Part shown: positions 23,601 through 34,335 of the stretch, piece after piece
Position numbering within the stretch: position 1 is the stretch's first letter
How the letters are laid out: every line of letters starts with the position of its first letter
The notes under the pieces: generated by a model
What the model saw: only the letters and a program-made list of their open reading frames with translations
What the model was told of the DNA's origin: nothing
Database searches by the model: none
Assembly (NCBI GenBank): GCA_002633005.1
Contig: NMRA01000156.1
Coordinates: forward strand, 62,001 to 126,000
DNA length: 64,000 nucleotides
Source: Phoronis australis
Taxonomy: Eukaryota > Animalia > Phoronida
Direction: 5' to 3'
Made by a program: the position numbers and the translations under genes

Positions 23601-26600
23601 ACCTTGGATCAAATGCCAAGCAAAGGGATGTGGCCTAGATGGCTACGGACTTCTGCAACCTCTCTCGAGGAGAGCCTACTGGCTATTTATACAGAAGAGG
23701 GTTCTCATGAGTTTCAAATGGTATTTGTGCAATGGTGGTCTATGTGGTCTCCAGACATTCAATGCAATTCAGACACCAGGCCACCTGCAATCACTATAAA
23801 TACCTTGCGACACCATATGCAGTGAAAATACTCTAAAACATTTTCAGCAGAAAGACACAAAAATAGAATGATACAGATACTAAATAATAAATAAAAGTAT
23901 TGTAGGTATGGCTGAAGGTTACTTTTTATTTAAATCTGGTCGAGCAACACCCATGTTTTAACTACATCCAAACAAAACAATGGCCTCTCATAACGTTTCA
24001 AAATTAAACCTCCACAAACAACACAGACACTGGAAATGCCTACAGCTAAGTCAGGTTACCTTATAAACTGTACTGTGCCCGGCACTTGACAAAATAAAAT
24101 GGAAAACCAAGAACCCAACTTCGGTCAAAAATAACATTTGATTTCGATCATTTACTGTAGCAAAATAGGCCTCACTACATTCCATATTAAGATTAGAGGT
24201 GATTTCTCAGCTCGGGTGGAGTCGACAGCTCACTGTTGTTGAAGACCAGGCTAAAAAGGATGCCTCGTCACGGCAGGTTATTTCATGTGCCGAGCATAGT
24301 TTGGAACTGTCAAATTTTCAAAGCCCAGAAATCAACTCTCATCTGAGTAACAAACAAATTGAGCCCGGTCTAAAACAAAAGTGATGTCTGTCCGTTCATA
24401 GCATTAGTATTGCCATCACACACTTTGATAAGTCAGTTATTACATCTTCTCAAAGACAATGCTGACTTATTTTCAATCCTGGTTGTCGTCCAATGTCAAC
24501 ACTTTCATGGAAGGTGGGTTTAAAGGACCTTTTCAAGAATCAATGACAACTGTCGTGAAGTCTCGTATGATGAAAAGTGCATCCCAGCAATCGGTTCTTA
24601 CAATACCAAACGTCATTAATGAAGTGAGGCCAACTGTTACCTCCGAGTACTGCCGACTGAACTGTTTCCTGCGCAGCACCTCGACGACGGCCATGGCGTA
24701 CAGCTTGGGCGCGTTGTACATCTGCTGTAAGATTTCCAGCCGGCGCTTTAGACGGCGAACGTTGTCCTGATGAAGTGTCAGCTTGTCGCCGCAGTCACAG
24801 ATTGATTTCTCAACGTACATCACCCACCTGAAGTAGACGGACTATGATGAGCAGATCTTTAAGTAAATGAGAGCAGGCGGGGGGAGACAATTTGAGTCAG
24901 AATCCATTTTGCTGAATTAATGTCTCAAATAAGCAATGTAGGATAATAATTTAAGGCTATATTGAGTACTACATCGTTGGGTCAAAAGTTCAAGGCAAGA
25001 CAAAACAAGAAAAAGCAGTCTATTTGACCATAGTATACCCATAAAAAACAGAATTCTTAACTTGCCATATTTCACGACTCAATTTGTTTGTCAAACATTG
25101 TAAAATTATATCAAAACAATCTTGAGTCACTTTCATGAAACAGACCCCCAGTGAAGCGACGCCTGGTGTTCTAAAGAGGAACCTTTGAGAGCAGTCACGT
25201 ACACTCATTTACCTGAGTCGTGTGTGTAGATTGATGCTAAGTTCCTCCTTGGCCTTGCTACACTTGCGCTGGATGTCTCTCAGCTGCTGGTGCTTGGTCA
25301 ACATTAGGATCATCTGAGTCTTGTGACTGGCACACAGGTCAGGAAGAATCGACGGGTCGCGCAAGTTACCGGCACGGTTCTGGTTCTGCACGAACCCCTG
25401 TGGGTTGAACAACGAAGGAAAAAAAAAACGAGGGTGACAGATTACAGATCCCGCTTTGCACAATCCCCTCCCAATTAAGCACACAAGAAGGCATGATGGT
25501 CTAATGTGGAAGCTCAAAACTCATTAGGTGGCACCAGTGTAACAAATATGCTATTTGCAAAAATGCATGCATACATTAGATGCCCTTACAAGTATACAGC
25601 TTTCCATTCTCAGTAGCGCCACCTAGTGAACATCGAGTCTCCCATTGGTAGGTAATAGCGGTAGCTAGCTTGTATTTTAGCCAGGCTTTGATTGGCTGTA
25701 ACTTCGGTACAGTAATGAAGAATGTGCTCTGAACTCGGGTGCATTCCGTAGACGGAGGAATCTTGCAACAACAAAGATCCTGCGCAGCATGCCATGTGTA
25801 ACCATAGAATCATGTAATCACACCTATCTACCTTTACTTGCAAAATTCTTTCATATACGCAACGAATGCCTGACTTAAACCAAACTCAGAACATCCTAGT
25901 CTGTCTTAAAACTTTAATAAGTGGATAGCGGACAGATAGAAATCGCGAACTTTGACCAAGAGCATGCCTCTGAATGCGACATTGTTCACGAGACTCTTAT
26001 CCACGTTGTAAAACACGATTATTTCCCCACTCTCTTTTTATCCCGTTTTCCACATGTTACCAAGAGCAAGGTTGGTATGACAGGGTTCTAAGAACTAAAA
26101 AAGCAGCTCAAATGCAAACTTCGATCAAGTGCCCGAAAACGGTGTTTCTCCGATTTCAATCAAGTCCCCCGTTCGACCGTGCTCCTACCTGAGCCATGTC
26201 AGCTTGCTCCTGCACAATTTTCCGAGCGCCAAACATGATTTGCTCCAGGCTGCACAATCTATCCTCAAGTCCTTTCACTTCCTTCATACTCGTGTTGTTG
26301 ACATCAGCCAGAACTTGCGCGACGTCTGCCATCAGCGCATCGCACACTCTCTTATCAAACTGGTGGCAAAATTAGGCAAAGTTGGAAATGAGTTCAAACT
26401 AGCAATTGCACATCTTATAACTTTTATACAGAAATTAAGTGATTTACCTCAAAGGAAAAACATAAAGATTAAAAAGTTAAAAATTTATGTACAGTATACT
26501 TAAATATATCAGATCCAACCGAACTGAGAGATTTCATCTGAATAAGACAAAATCTGACTTTCTGAAGAGGCGAGTTCACAGACTAGAACTACTGTACCAT

Positions 26601-29600
26601 GGGATTTTGTCAGAGTTAAGGGAAAATCTTACCTACAGTAAAATTCATAAGTTTGGGGCACAATGTGGCAAATGAGAGTTTCCTTTTTTTTCAAAATTTC
26701 AAGGAAAGTGAGTATGAGAAAATTTTACTTTGTTGTCAGTATGATTCGTGTAGTTCAGCTGTCCCAAGACAATAAGCTTTTACAACAAAGTACTTACTAA
26801 GCCTTTAAAAAGTAGAAATTTCTAATTTTAGCAATTATTTTTGTCCCAAATTGATGACACCACCTGATGGCATGATGTCACTACATAAACCCAACAAGTA
26901 CTTTTTAATAAAGGCTCTAACAAAAGCTGGGCTCTTATGGAAGGCAGGGCAGAAACAACAAGAACTTAAAGGCTTCTATCACCTGTTCCACTTCCTTAGC
27001 CGCCTGTTCAGCCATCTGCTGCAGACTCCCCTTGGAATCTTGTAGACTGATCCACTCTAGTAAGGTCAAAGGTCGCTGGCTCTGGGTCATCGACTGGATG
27101 CCGTGTATAGACTGTTTTGGGCTGATGTTTTTTAGTAGACATGGTAAAAGAGGCGTCTTGCCGAGAAGCACAATGGCCTCGTTAAAACTGAAATATCACG
27201 TGACATATGCGACAGAATATGCGTGGATAAGACACCATAAGAACAGAGCATAAAGTACTATGGTTTATACAGCAAGGTAAGCGTTGAGCAAATTTTTAAC
27301 AATTCTAAAAAAAATTAAATTAACTGAACAGTTTTGCATGCATCTCCAACAGACTATATGAATATAATATTACATTCAACTGCTGAATTTTAAAATTATC
27401 AGAGATGGGACACTTAGAAGTTACCGATTACACTATGCAATTTACAATTAGTTGTATAACAAAGTATTAGGAAACAGCTTCATGCAACATAGCCAGCTAC
27501 GATATACACATCAAAGTAGCTATAATTTGCTAAATTCCTTTACACTACAGACACTGATGTCTGTTCAACATGAATACAGTAACTGACAAACAAAATTGTC
27601 GCCGTTGAGAAAAATTTCACATTTATCCAAGTGTACTTACTGTACTAATCCACACTACTTAAAAAATTCAAAATTCGCCTCCAATTAATACAATATTACA
27701 ACACATGAATAAGCAAAGGCAATAGCATGATAATACAGAGGAGCTCCCTTAATGTCATACCTGATAATAGAATATCCGGTTATTGCCATCGAATGTCAAA
27801 AAACAAATGATTTCCCATTATACACACGTAAAAAACCCGCATTATGTCATGACCTATTGCCATATTCCTGGATATTGTCATTAAANGTCGGATCCGTCCG
27901 AAAGTTCGCACATGCCGTCCCATTCATGAATGGAACATATGTGCCAAATTTCATGAACGTATGTCAAAGGGTTTTGGAGATAGAGCAGCGGACGCCGGAC
28001 GCCAGACGCCGGACGCCGCCCGGACGGACGGACGGATGGACGGACGGACGGAGATGACGGCATAATGCGTCCACATATAAATATGTGGGCGCATAAAAAT
28101 CAGAAAAAAAATTATTCTCAATAAGTTTACTAGCACGTGTACCTTCGCTTTTGTGTCTAAAAACTAAGTGTAAACCTAATTCATCTTAAAAATCATTTAC
28201 TTCATCAGATCTCAGCGCAGGCAGTAAAAATCAGTCATTTCCTGTTTACCTGTCTTACACTGTGACTCTCCACAGCAAGTTTAGCTTATAAGAAGAGTGG
28301 TTATGATCACAGCCAAGACAAAAACCACTTAATAGAATATCCTGCTTATTATCATAATTTATGTCGCCTCCGAGGGTGTGACATTAAGAGGGTTTCATTG
28401 CACTATTATAATTGTAAATATCTCCATCAACAGAGTATTGCTGCTTACTTGCGCAGAATCTCTCTGTAGCCATCACGTGCTGCAAAGTAGTCTTCGTAGC
28501 TGGTCCTGAACTGTTGCGTGCGGGCACGGAACGCGGCTGTGATGTCATCCAGGTTAGCGATGACCGCTGCCCAGCCCTGGTGCTGCAGGTGTTGATCGTG
28601 AACGAGCCGCTCACACGAGCGCACGTCTTCGCGTGCCATGTCGTGGAATTGCTGAAAATAACAGAAAAGGCATGTGAAATGAGAAAATATTTGGATAAAA
28701 AATAGTTTACACGAGTTTAAGATGCTATAAACGTGTGTTTTGTCAAAAAAGACACAACTAAATGAAATTGTTAAAATCTCGTCAAATGGCTCTTATTCCG
28801 GAAGTTTCTGAAATATTTAAATGTAGGTGGTTTTTCGCTAATGTCCTACACAACTGTTTTTCTCATGTAGATGGGCATTACAGTTATTTATTTCCAAAAC
28901 ATTTACAATTAAATAAATAATTAACCCTGTCAGGTGTATCATCCAAGCATTGTTGCTAACTGGATTATTACTACACTATTACTATTATTAACGTTTGTAT
29001 TATTGTTATTTATTGCCTGTAGTTTTAAAGAGACAAGTTGAGACTAAAGCGGTCAGAGTCAACAGTCAGGAAGGAAGTTGAGTTTAAAGCTGTTCTTTAT
29101 CTCATATCTAACATACTACACAAAAAATCTTAAAGAAAGGACACATTGCTACTATCTTCAAAACAAAATAACACATACTTAGAACTTTTGCCTTCAAATA
29201 ACAGGAGACAATTTTTGAAACATATTCTTATCACAAGGAACTGTAGAATTCAATACGTGTTCATATCTGTTCATTGGTGCAGAGAAAAAGTATGCAACTG
29301 ACTTATTTCTTGGTGTTTGAGGGTACTCGTACTCCCACAGCGGGATATACATGCTGTAAAAGGGGTTAATTCATTGCGCGAAAAAATTTAACAGAGATTT
29401 ATTCGAGTATGGGTTTTGCAAAAACCTTGCACACGAGACAAAAAACTTCTGAACATAAACAATATCTTGAAAACCTGAATTCAATAACAGCTTTCAATTT
29501 GGTCGTTCCGAACGCAAAAAATCGACTGTTCATGTTACTTACCAAAGCCAACTGGGCCCTGGCGACGACAGTCTCGTAACTGGACGGCATGTTTAACGAC

Positions 29601-32524
29601 CCGTCAACAGCGGCCTTTAGGTCGCGGTCTAAAAAAATGCAAGACAAAGATGGTGAATATATATGCACAATTAAATATGCCAAGACACCCACAACTGTGA
29701 AGTGAGCAGGACAGTCCGATCTTGACAGAATCAAGCAATTCAAACTTTACCAACAGCAGTTTAGTGAATTCTATCGAGAGCTTTTCTACTCATGGGCTCC
29801 GATTCGTAAAAAGTGACTAAAGACTTGTCTAGTTCTCACACTCCACACCACTATTTCACTTATTAAACAAAAATACAAAGACTATAACCATTACTTCTAA
29901 AACAAAGAAATAGGCCAGTCAAACTGAACTTAAAAGTGAATGTTTAAATTTAGCTCAAGTTATTTTTTTAGTTAATATTAGTTTTGATTTCAAGTTTCTA
30001 AGATTCTTAGATAATCTATGTCAACTTGTCAGCACTAACATCAATTTTTCCCATTTTGGGCACAACTATTCAAAACCAACAAGGGGTATTAAAACAATTT
30101 CTCATTGCAACAACCACAAAGCCTCTCTTAACATACATTTATATAATAAGGGGTCAACTCAACAGACAATGACCTTGATAATCACCAGTAATAAACACCA
30201 GTCTTAAACACTAATTAATTTCAAAAGGCCAACTGTTTCTTACAATAGCCCAAAGATTTACAAGGGTCAAGAAAAACGAAAAGCGCTTTGGGAAGCATTT
30301 ACCCGTCTCAAGACAACACAATGCACATTTTTTAGTAAACTTACCAGAACCATAGTAGATACTCGGTGATGGCGGCTGTGCAGACTCGATGGTGCTCTTG
30401 CTGAACAGGAAGATGGGGTTGGTATCCTACACAGAGAAACACTTAACACTAAGAAAAATGACACAGAGTAAAACTTCACCAATTTTGGACAAAAACAATT
30501 GTTGGAATTGCCCTTTTTCATTTTCCAAAGGCTTCTGTCATAGCTGAGTATGTCCACAGTTTCTCAAACTATTGTCTTACGGTATCTGTGGTCTACAGTT
30601 TAAAAATGGTAAAGAATTATGATGGTCCTACTTGTGGATGATCAATTATCCATTATATTGTGCCCTAAACTGGTATATTATGGTGGTATACCTAAACTGA
30701 GTTGGCCACTGATACATTATGGCCAGACTGCCTCAAACGCTTTGTTGGACACATGAGCATCTTGGGGGTGAAGCAACTTAGGAGTGATTGCATGAGAACA
30801 TCAGGCAAAAGTAGAGACATAACATGCCACAGATTTTTTGACATGTAGCTTATTTGAAGACCGAGGTAGAATGATTAATAACTGAAATGTTTTTACTTTA
30901 AAACAGTACTAGCTTCTATAAAATTGGCACTCTTTCATTTCGTGAATAAATTTTGATCAGTGATAATGCCAATTTAAACAAACTTTTAAACAACTGCAGT
31001 GACCAGCAGTTTCATGAAATCAGGTGAAGGCTAATATTCGGAAAATCTGTCAACAACTTAATGTCAAAAAACAGAAATCCGTAGCCTGCTCAGGAGCAAA
31101 TTAAAAAAGAAAGACAAACAAAGATAAACAAAATCAACTTTTGTAAAGACTGTTCGATAAACAGGCCCTTCTTGTTTTAGTCTCAATGAACGATCCACTT
31201 ACTGTCCCCGCACTGTAGCTGCCAACCCTGGCTGTGGGGATCAGGTTCTCGCCCCCACTGATCAACAGCACCTGCTTGTCCTCTGGTATGCGACACACCC
31301 TGGCAATCTCCGTACGCAACCTAGCAACACTGCAGGGAAAGAGCAAATGCGTAGTTACCACTGACAAAGTTCTCTGATACATTTTCACGCAGAAAAACAT
31401 ACAGTGCGTAGAAATTGGGAAAATGGAAACTTTTTGTCCAATGCAGTCTATTTGTGGGGACTGCTTCTCAGAGTCCATTGGCTTTTGTATATATGGATGG
31501 CTCAGCTTATATCACAACGCTGCAGCAGAAAGTCAGAAAATTTGTTGCAAAGACAGAAATCTGCAGGTTTTTGAATAGATAGAAGTTAAAAATTTTTGAG
31601 AAATGCATTTAATACAAAGACACCAAATTTTGGCTAATCATAATCAGATTTCTAACTTTTGGCGGTAGTCAAAAGACAAACGCTAATGGTCTCTTTGAGA
31701 AACATGCCCCAAAAGTATGATTCATTAGCACCACTACAGCCGATGGCAGGTTGCAGAAACGATTCAGTGACTGTTGGACTTGAAAGTATTGGTGCTGGAC
31801 CTATCAATCCATCAGCCAGCCACAACAGAGATTGGATTCTGTGTCCAGACCTGCTGTAACCTGCTGTAACTCATAGCTGATTGGTCAAAATACTTTAGGA
31901 TCCCATCACTACATGGTGTCTCTATCCATNGATGAGGATGATAATCAAACTATAAAACCCAAGCAGCTCATTCACATCCGCAGAGTATATAAAATGTTGA
32001 CTTGAGCGGAAGTAATGGGAGTAATTACGAACAACACAACTCAAATAATTAAAAATTTTGTCTCACGCCAGCCAATCAGCAGTCCAGTAGGAACATTTGT
32101 CAGCACAGTCCAACTTTATGTTAATTAGCAGTTGCCGAGATACAAGTGGTAATTGGTTAAACTATGCCATGTCGTATAGGCGACAACCAATCACAGCCTT
32201 TGTGATCCTCCACTGCGTTTCTTATGGAAAATCATCACAGCGTTTCTAGTTTTCCACTCATATCTTAGCTTACATACAGCAGAATTCTGCTGAAAACAAG
32301 AACATAATGGGTTCAATCACGGCTACATGCTGAACAGCGTTTCTAGTTTTCCACTCATATCTTAGCTTACATACAGCAGAATTCTGCTGAAAACAAGAAC
32401 ATAATGGGTTCAATCACGGCTACATGCTGAACAACAGCACAAGTCAAGAAGAATACCTCTCCATGGCCAGGTTCATGTCAAAGGTCACCATGGTCCCGGT
32501 GTCGACGAGGAACACATACAACAT
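8593..32524 (-). CDS. RB1CC1: RB1-inducible coiled-coil protein 1 (FIP200), whole spliced gene, 20 coding exons, 3' end incomplete in window
   Basis: Spliced translation starts MLYVFLVDTGTMVTFDMNLAME-SVARLRTEIARVCRIPEDKQVLLISGGE...YSAGT-DTNPIFLF and contains CERLVHDQHLQHQGWAAVIANL, LPDLCASH, KAKEELSINLHTRLRWVMYVE and AEQQVAFN. These match recalled FIP200 motifs. All junctions are phase-consistent. Confidence 0.95.
8910..8957. repeat. 21-bp tandem repeat of a palindrome-containing unit
   Basis: gtgatattaatatcactgtac x2 plus a partial copy. Confidence 0.9.
10305..10352 (-). CDS. RB1CC1: RB1CC1 coding exon 19
   Basis: tttgtag|TLREKESEVVELRAKM|gtacgt; resembles the recalled FIP200 segment TLQLKEEENKRL. 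Confidence 0.78.
11173..11425. mobile_element. MITE (Harbinger-like ends)
   Basis: ggtccgtttcatgaaaagtgactta ... taagtcatttttcatgacacaggcccc inverted ends; a related end occurs near 29794. Confidence 0.6.
11780..11816 (-). CDS. RB1CC1: RB1CC1 coding exon 18
   Basis: tttttcag|T..VTTDQRVNELKQ|gtatg. Confidence 0.72.
12264..12379. mobile_element. Second, internally deleted copy of the tRNA/inverted-repeat element
   Basis: ccggtcagcacgccacctgtggccacatcacgtgaac...actcgaacccaggac...gctgaccag; TTAA close to both ends. Confidence 0.8.
13151..13249 (-). CDS. RB1CC1: RB1CC1 coding exon 17
   Basis: LQRDELRKKLDEAQAKVEALERERLVASFELS, aag/gtttgt bounded, coiled-coil composition. Confidence 0.8.
13707..13905. 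mobile_element. Inverted-repeat element enclosing a tRNA-like cassette (full copy)
   Basis: 53-bp arms at 13707-13759 and 13853-13905 are reverse complements with about 8 mismatches; tRNA-like core between them. Confidence 0.85.
13772..13847 (-). pseudogene. tRNA-like sequence (tRNA pseudogene or SINE head)
   Basis: GTCCCGA TAGCTCAGTGGCTAGAGC...CTGGG TTCGAGT CCCGG TCGGGGGCA: A box, B box, acceptor and T stems, downstream TTTT; anticodon loop irregular (9 nt). Confidence 0.75.
14289..14331 (-). CDS. RB1CC1: RB1CC1 coding exon 16
   Basis: (G)NAMTRSQEKELEE, phase 1 to 2, bridges the neighbouring exons; further small exons in 14400-14560 cannot be excluded. Confidence 0.6.
14755..14863 (-). CDS. 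RB1CC1: RB1CC1 coding exon 15
   Basis: tag|VAFNAAVDNIVKNKNKVIENFKLKETAMLQDLEKER|gtacg. Confidence 0.85.
16648..16767 (-). CDS. RB1CC1: RB1CC1 coding exon 14 (GC donor)
   Basis: VRQSLTDQHKQETDRL...SLRSSITAEQQ followed by gcatgt; no in-phase GT donor before the stop. Confidence 0.85.
18686..20792 (-). CDS. RB1CC1: RB1CC1 giant coding exon 13 (2107 nt; disordered region, coiled coil, QT-motif array)
   Basis: Inside the 736-aa ORF; acceptor cag|G TAT GAG in phase with exon 12; donor CAT|gtgag; contains DFTTADFYIEES and long E/K/L-rich heptads. Confidence 0.92.
22528..22628 (-). CDS. RB1CC1: RB1CC1 coding exon 12
   Basis: TEPPQQYDQMLPPIMESDMIFLQEQTPELAHVL|gtaag. Confidence 0.88.
23029..23087 (-). 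CDS. RB1CC1: RB1CC1 coding exon 11
   Basis: GRHFLLSLFTGLNDLPPAYA|gtaagt, phase 1 to 0. Confidence 0.88.
23472..23553 (-). CDS. RB1CC1: RB1CC1 coding exon 10
   Basis: WAEHLAGKASSVHELEVARRKQFMDQI, cag/gtaat bounded. Confidence 0.9.
24641..24827 (-). CDS. RB1CC1: RB1CC1 coding exon 9
   Basis: WVMYVEKSICDCGDKL...APKLYAMAVVEVLRRKQFSRQYSE|gtaac. Confidence 0.94.
25213..25397 (-). CDS. RB1CC1: RB1CC1 coding exon 8
   Basis: GFVQNQNRAGNLRDPSILPDLCASHKTQM...KAKEELSINLHTRL|gtaaat. Confidence 0.95.
26189..26359 (-). CDS. RB1CC1: RB1CC1 coding exon 7
   Basis: FDKRVCDALM...MKEVKGLEDRLCSLEQIM...QADMAQ|gtagg. Confidence 0.93.
26983..27187 (-). CDS. RB1CC1: RB1CC1 coding exon 6
   Basis: FNEAIVLLGKTPLLPCL...TLLEWISLQDSKGSLQQMAEQAAKEVEQ|gtgat. 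Confidence 0.92.
27887..28098 (+). mobile_element. Helentron-associated (HINE/pearl-like) non-autonomous element 3' end
   Basis: Core motif ccaaatttcatg, (GGAC)n microsatellite, terminal stem-loop atgcgtccacatat-aa-atatgtgggcgcat, then an A run; starts at an assembly N. Confidence 0.65.
28449..28651 (-). CDS. RB1CC1: RB1CC1 coding exon 5
   Basis: QFHDMAREDVRSCERLVHDQHLQHQGWAAVIANLDD..., cag/gtaag bounded. Confidence 0.95.
29543..29628 (-). CDS. RB1CC1: RB1CC1 coding exon 4
   Basis: DRDLKAAVDGSLNMPSSYETVVARAQLAL, ag/gtaag bounded. Confidence 0.92.
30345..30426 (-). CDS. RB1CC1: RB1CC1 coding exon 3
   Basis: tag|DTNPIFLFSKSTIESAQPPSPSIYYGS|gtaag. Confidence 0.92.
31203..31329 (-). CDS. RB1CC1: RB1CC1 coding exon 2
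   Basis: cag|T GTT..VARLRTEIARVCRIPEDKQVLLISGGENLIPTARVGSYSAGT|gtaagt. Confidence 0.93.
32237..32430. repeat. Perfect 97-bp tandem duplication
   Basis: acagcgtttctag...ctacatgctga repeated at 32237-32333 and 32334-32430. Confidence 0.93.
32457..32524 (-). CDS. RB1CC1: RB1CC1 coding exon 1
   Basis: ATG...MLYVFLVDTGTMVTFDMNLAME, donor AG|gtattc; acceptor tttttcag at ~32573 implies an upstream UTR exon. Confidence 0.93.
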
Positions 32525-33069
32525 GGCTGCTACCTGGCGAGTCTCGCTCCTTTTCACGACACCAATATCATACTGAAAAAGATGACGTAAGAGTTAAAAA
32601 CTGCTGATATGGAGGTAACATAATCCCACACGAGAAAATTATACGGGGACACATGTCCTTGTAAGGCTGCTTGTGAGAACACGCTATTGTGTCATACCAT
32701 TCATTGTGGAACACAAATGGTAGTGTAGGACTTCACTACACAGTAGCAATGCTGTTGCACAGTAAACACAAGGTCCAATTTTAGTTTTGCTTTCCATTTC
32801 TAAGAAAAATTGCAAAGTTCAACAGACTGGTTCAAAATTAAGTTAAGGGTTAAATATGTCACAAAATTTTAACAATTAAACAGTTTAAAAGTGTGATAAA
32901 TAACATACACATATTTTCGTTGGTGGCAAAGTATTCAATAGCAATTAAGGAATTACTTTCAAGATTATTTCTTATCAGTCAAATACACAAATTAGATGGG
33001 GGATTTCCAAAATGATACATGACTGTGAGCCCTGTTTGTAAATTTGAGGAGGATTCTAGGGTGTGCAAG

Positions 33070-33165
33070 CCATGCTTTGTGCATCCAGCACTGGGTTTGG
33101 TCGTCGGTGGACCATGTTTTGTGCATCTGGCACCCGATTTGGTGGTTGGTACATCATGTTATGTG
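33070..33165. repeat. Degenerate 42-bp minisatellite (about 2.3 units)
   Basis: ccatgctttgtgcatcc.. / ccatgttttgtgcatct.. / tcatgttatgtg. Confidence 0.75.
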
Positions 33166-34179
33166 AGGTGTTCGACTGAGCTTATTGGACTCATGAGCCA
33201 TGTTTACTACTGAAAAGTGTTACGGCCATGTTGTTCCAGTAACCTGAACTCCCAACATAGACTGTATATAGTGATTTCTGGCAGACAGCGGCACAACCTA
33301 ATCAATGTTATACACCGGAACATTTTCTGCAAATTACTTTGAAGCCTGGCTAAAATGTCAAAGTCAGGTTACTACATATACCTTTTCCAAATAATACTTT
33401 ATTCCGTCAACGAAAATGAAGACTGAACTCCATTACACTAAATGTGGTCAAGGTCAAACGAAAACTTAAAGAGGATAATATGAGGTCAACCGTTACCAGC
33501 CACGCTCAGAGGCGGCAGCATAGACAGATAATATTCTACTAGTTTAGTAGACGTCTGTCTCAGTTGCTCTCATATAGAAGTGTACAAGTTCCTGAGCAAC
33601 ACCAACAGGCGGTTATCTAAGTAGTTAGTTTAGTTCCTTGTTGGGTGAGTTGCAGACCAACGTCACTACCAAGCAACAGACAAAGGGCAGGCAGTATAAG
33701 GATATTGTTGGTGATGAGATAAAACTTTTTATCATGCCATGACTAAATATCCTCACATAGATCAGCTTTATCAACTGCTGTAGATGTGATAATGATTACC
33801 AATACTAATGCAGTGCACAACAGTCACCCAATAATATCTCACTAATTCGTTCAGAAAATGATAACTTGCATCACCAAAAGTGCACGGCTCAATGGATATT
33901 TAGGTTAAACCTAACGCAGCACTTACCTACATAAACGGCTAGCCACACAGTCAGGCTTGAAGAAACAGGGCCATATGAACTCTTGTTTCGCCTTCTCTTG
34001 CTGCTTGTCTTTGATGCCTACGTGCTTTGACTGGTTCTTAACCAAACATGTCGAATTAACTCAGCCAAGATAAACAACACAATGGCTGCAAAGAAAAAAT
34101 AAGTTTCAAATCACGCATCAACGTAGTCGTGTGACAAGAAATGCACATGGTCACTACTAAAAATGATGTCGAAGCTTAC

Positions 34180-34335
34180 CTTATTTTCATCATGCACACA
34201 TTTAGTTCATGACGTGTATTTTTAACAGATATTTAGAGATGACAAAACAAATTTGTAACCTGACCCGGAAGTAATTCCAAATGAGTGCGCAAAGAAAGTG
34301 CGCGTTTGGAGAAAAGGACATCTAGTGGCGTCAGG
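34180..34335 (-). promoter_or_regulatory. Putative RB1CC1 promoter and non-coding first exon
   Basis: Donor G|gtaagc at ~34179 on minus; ETS-type CCGGAAGT at 34265-34272; CTCF-like CGCCACTAGATG at 34319-34330; start of a CpG-richer region. Confidence 0.5.
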
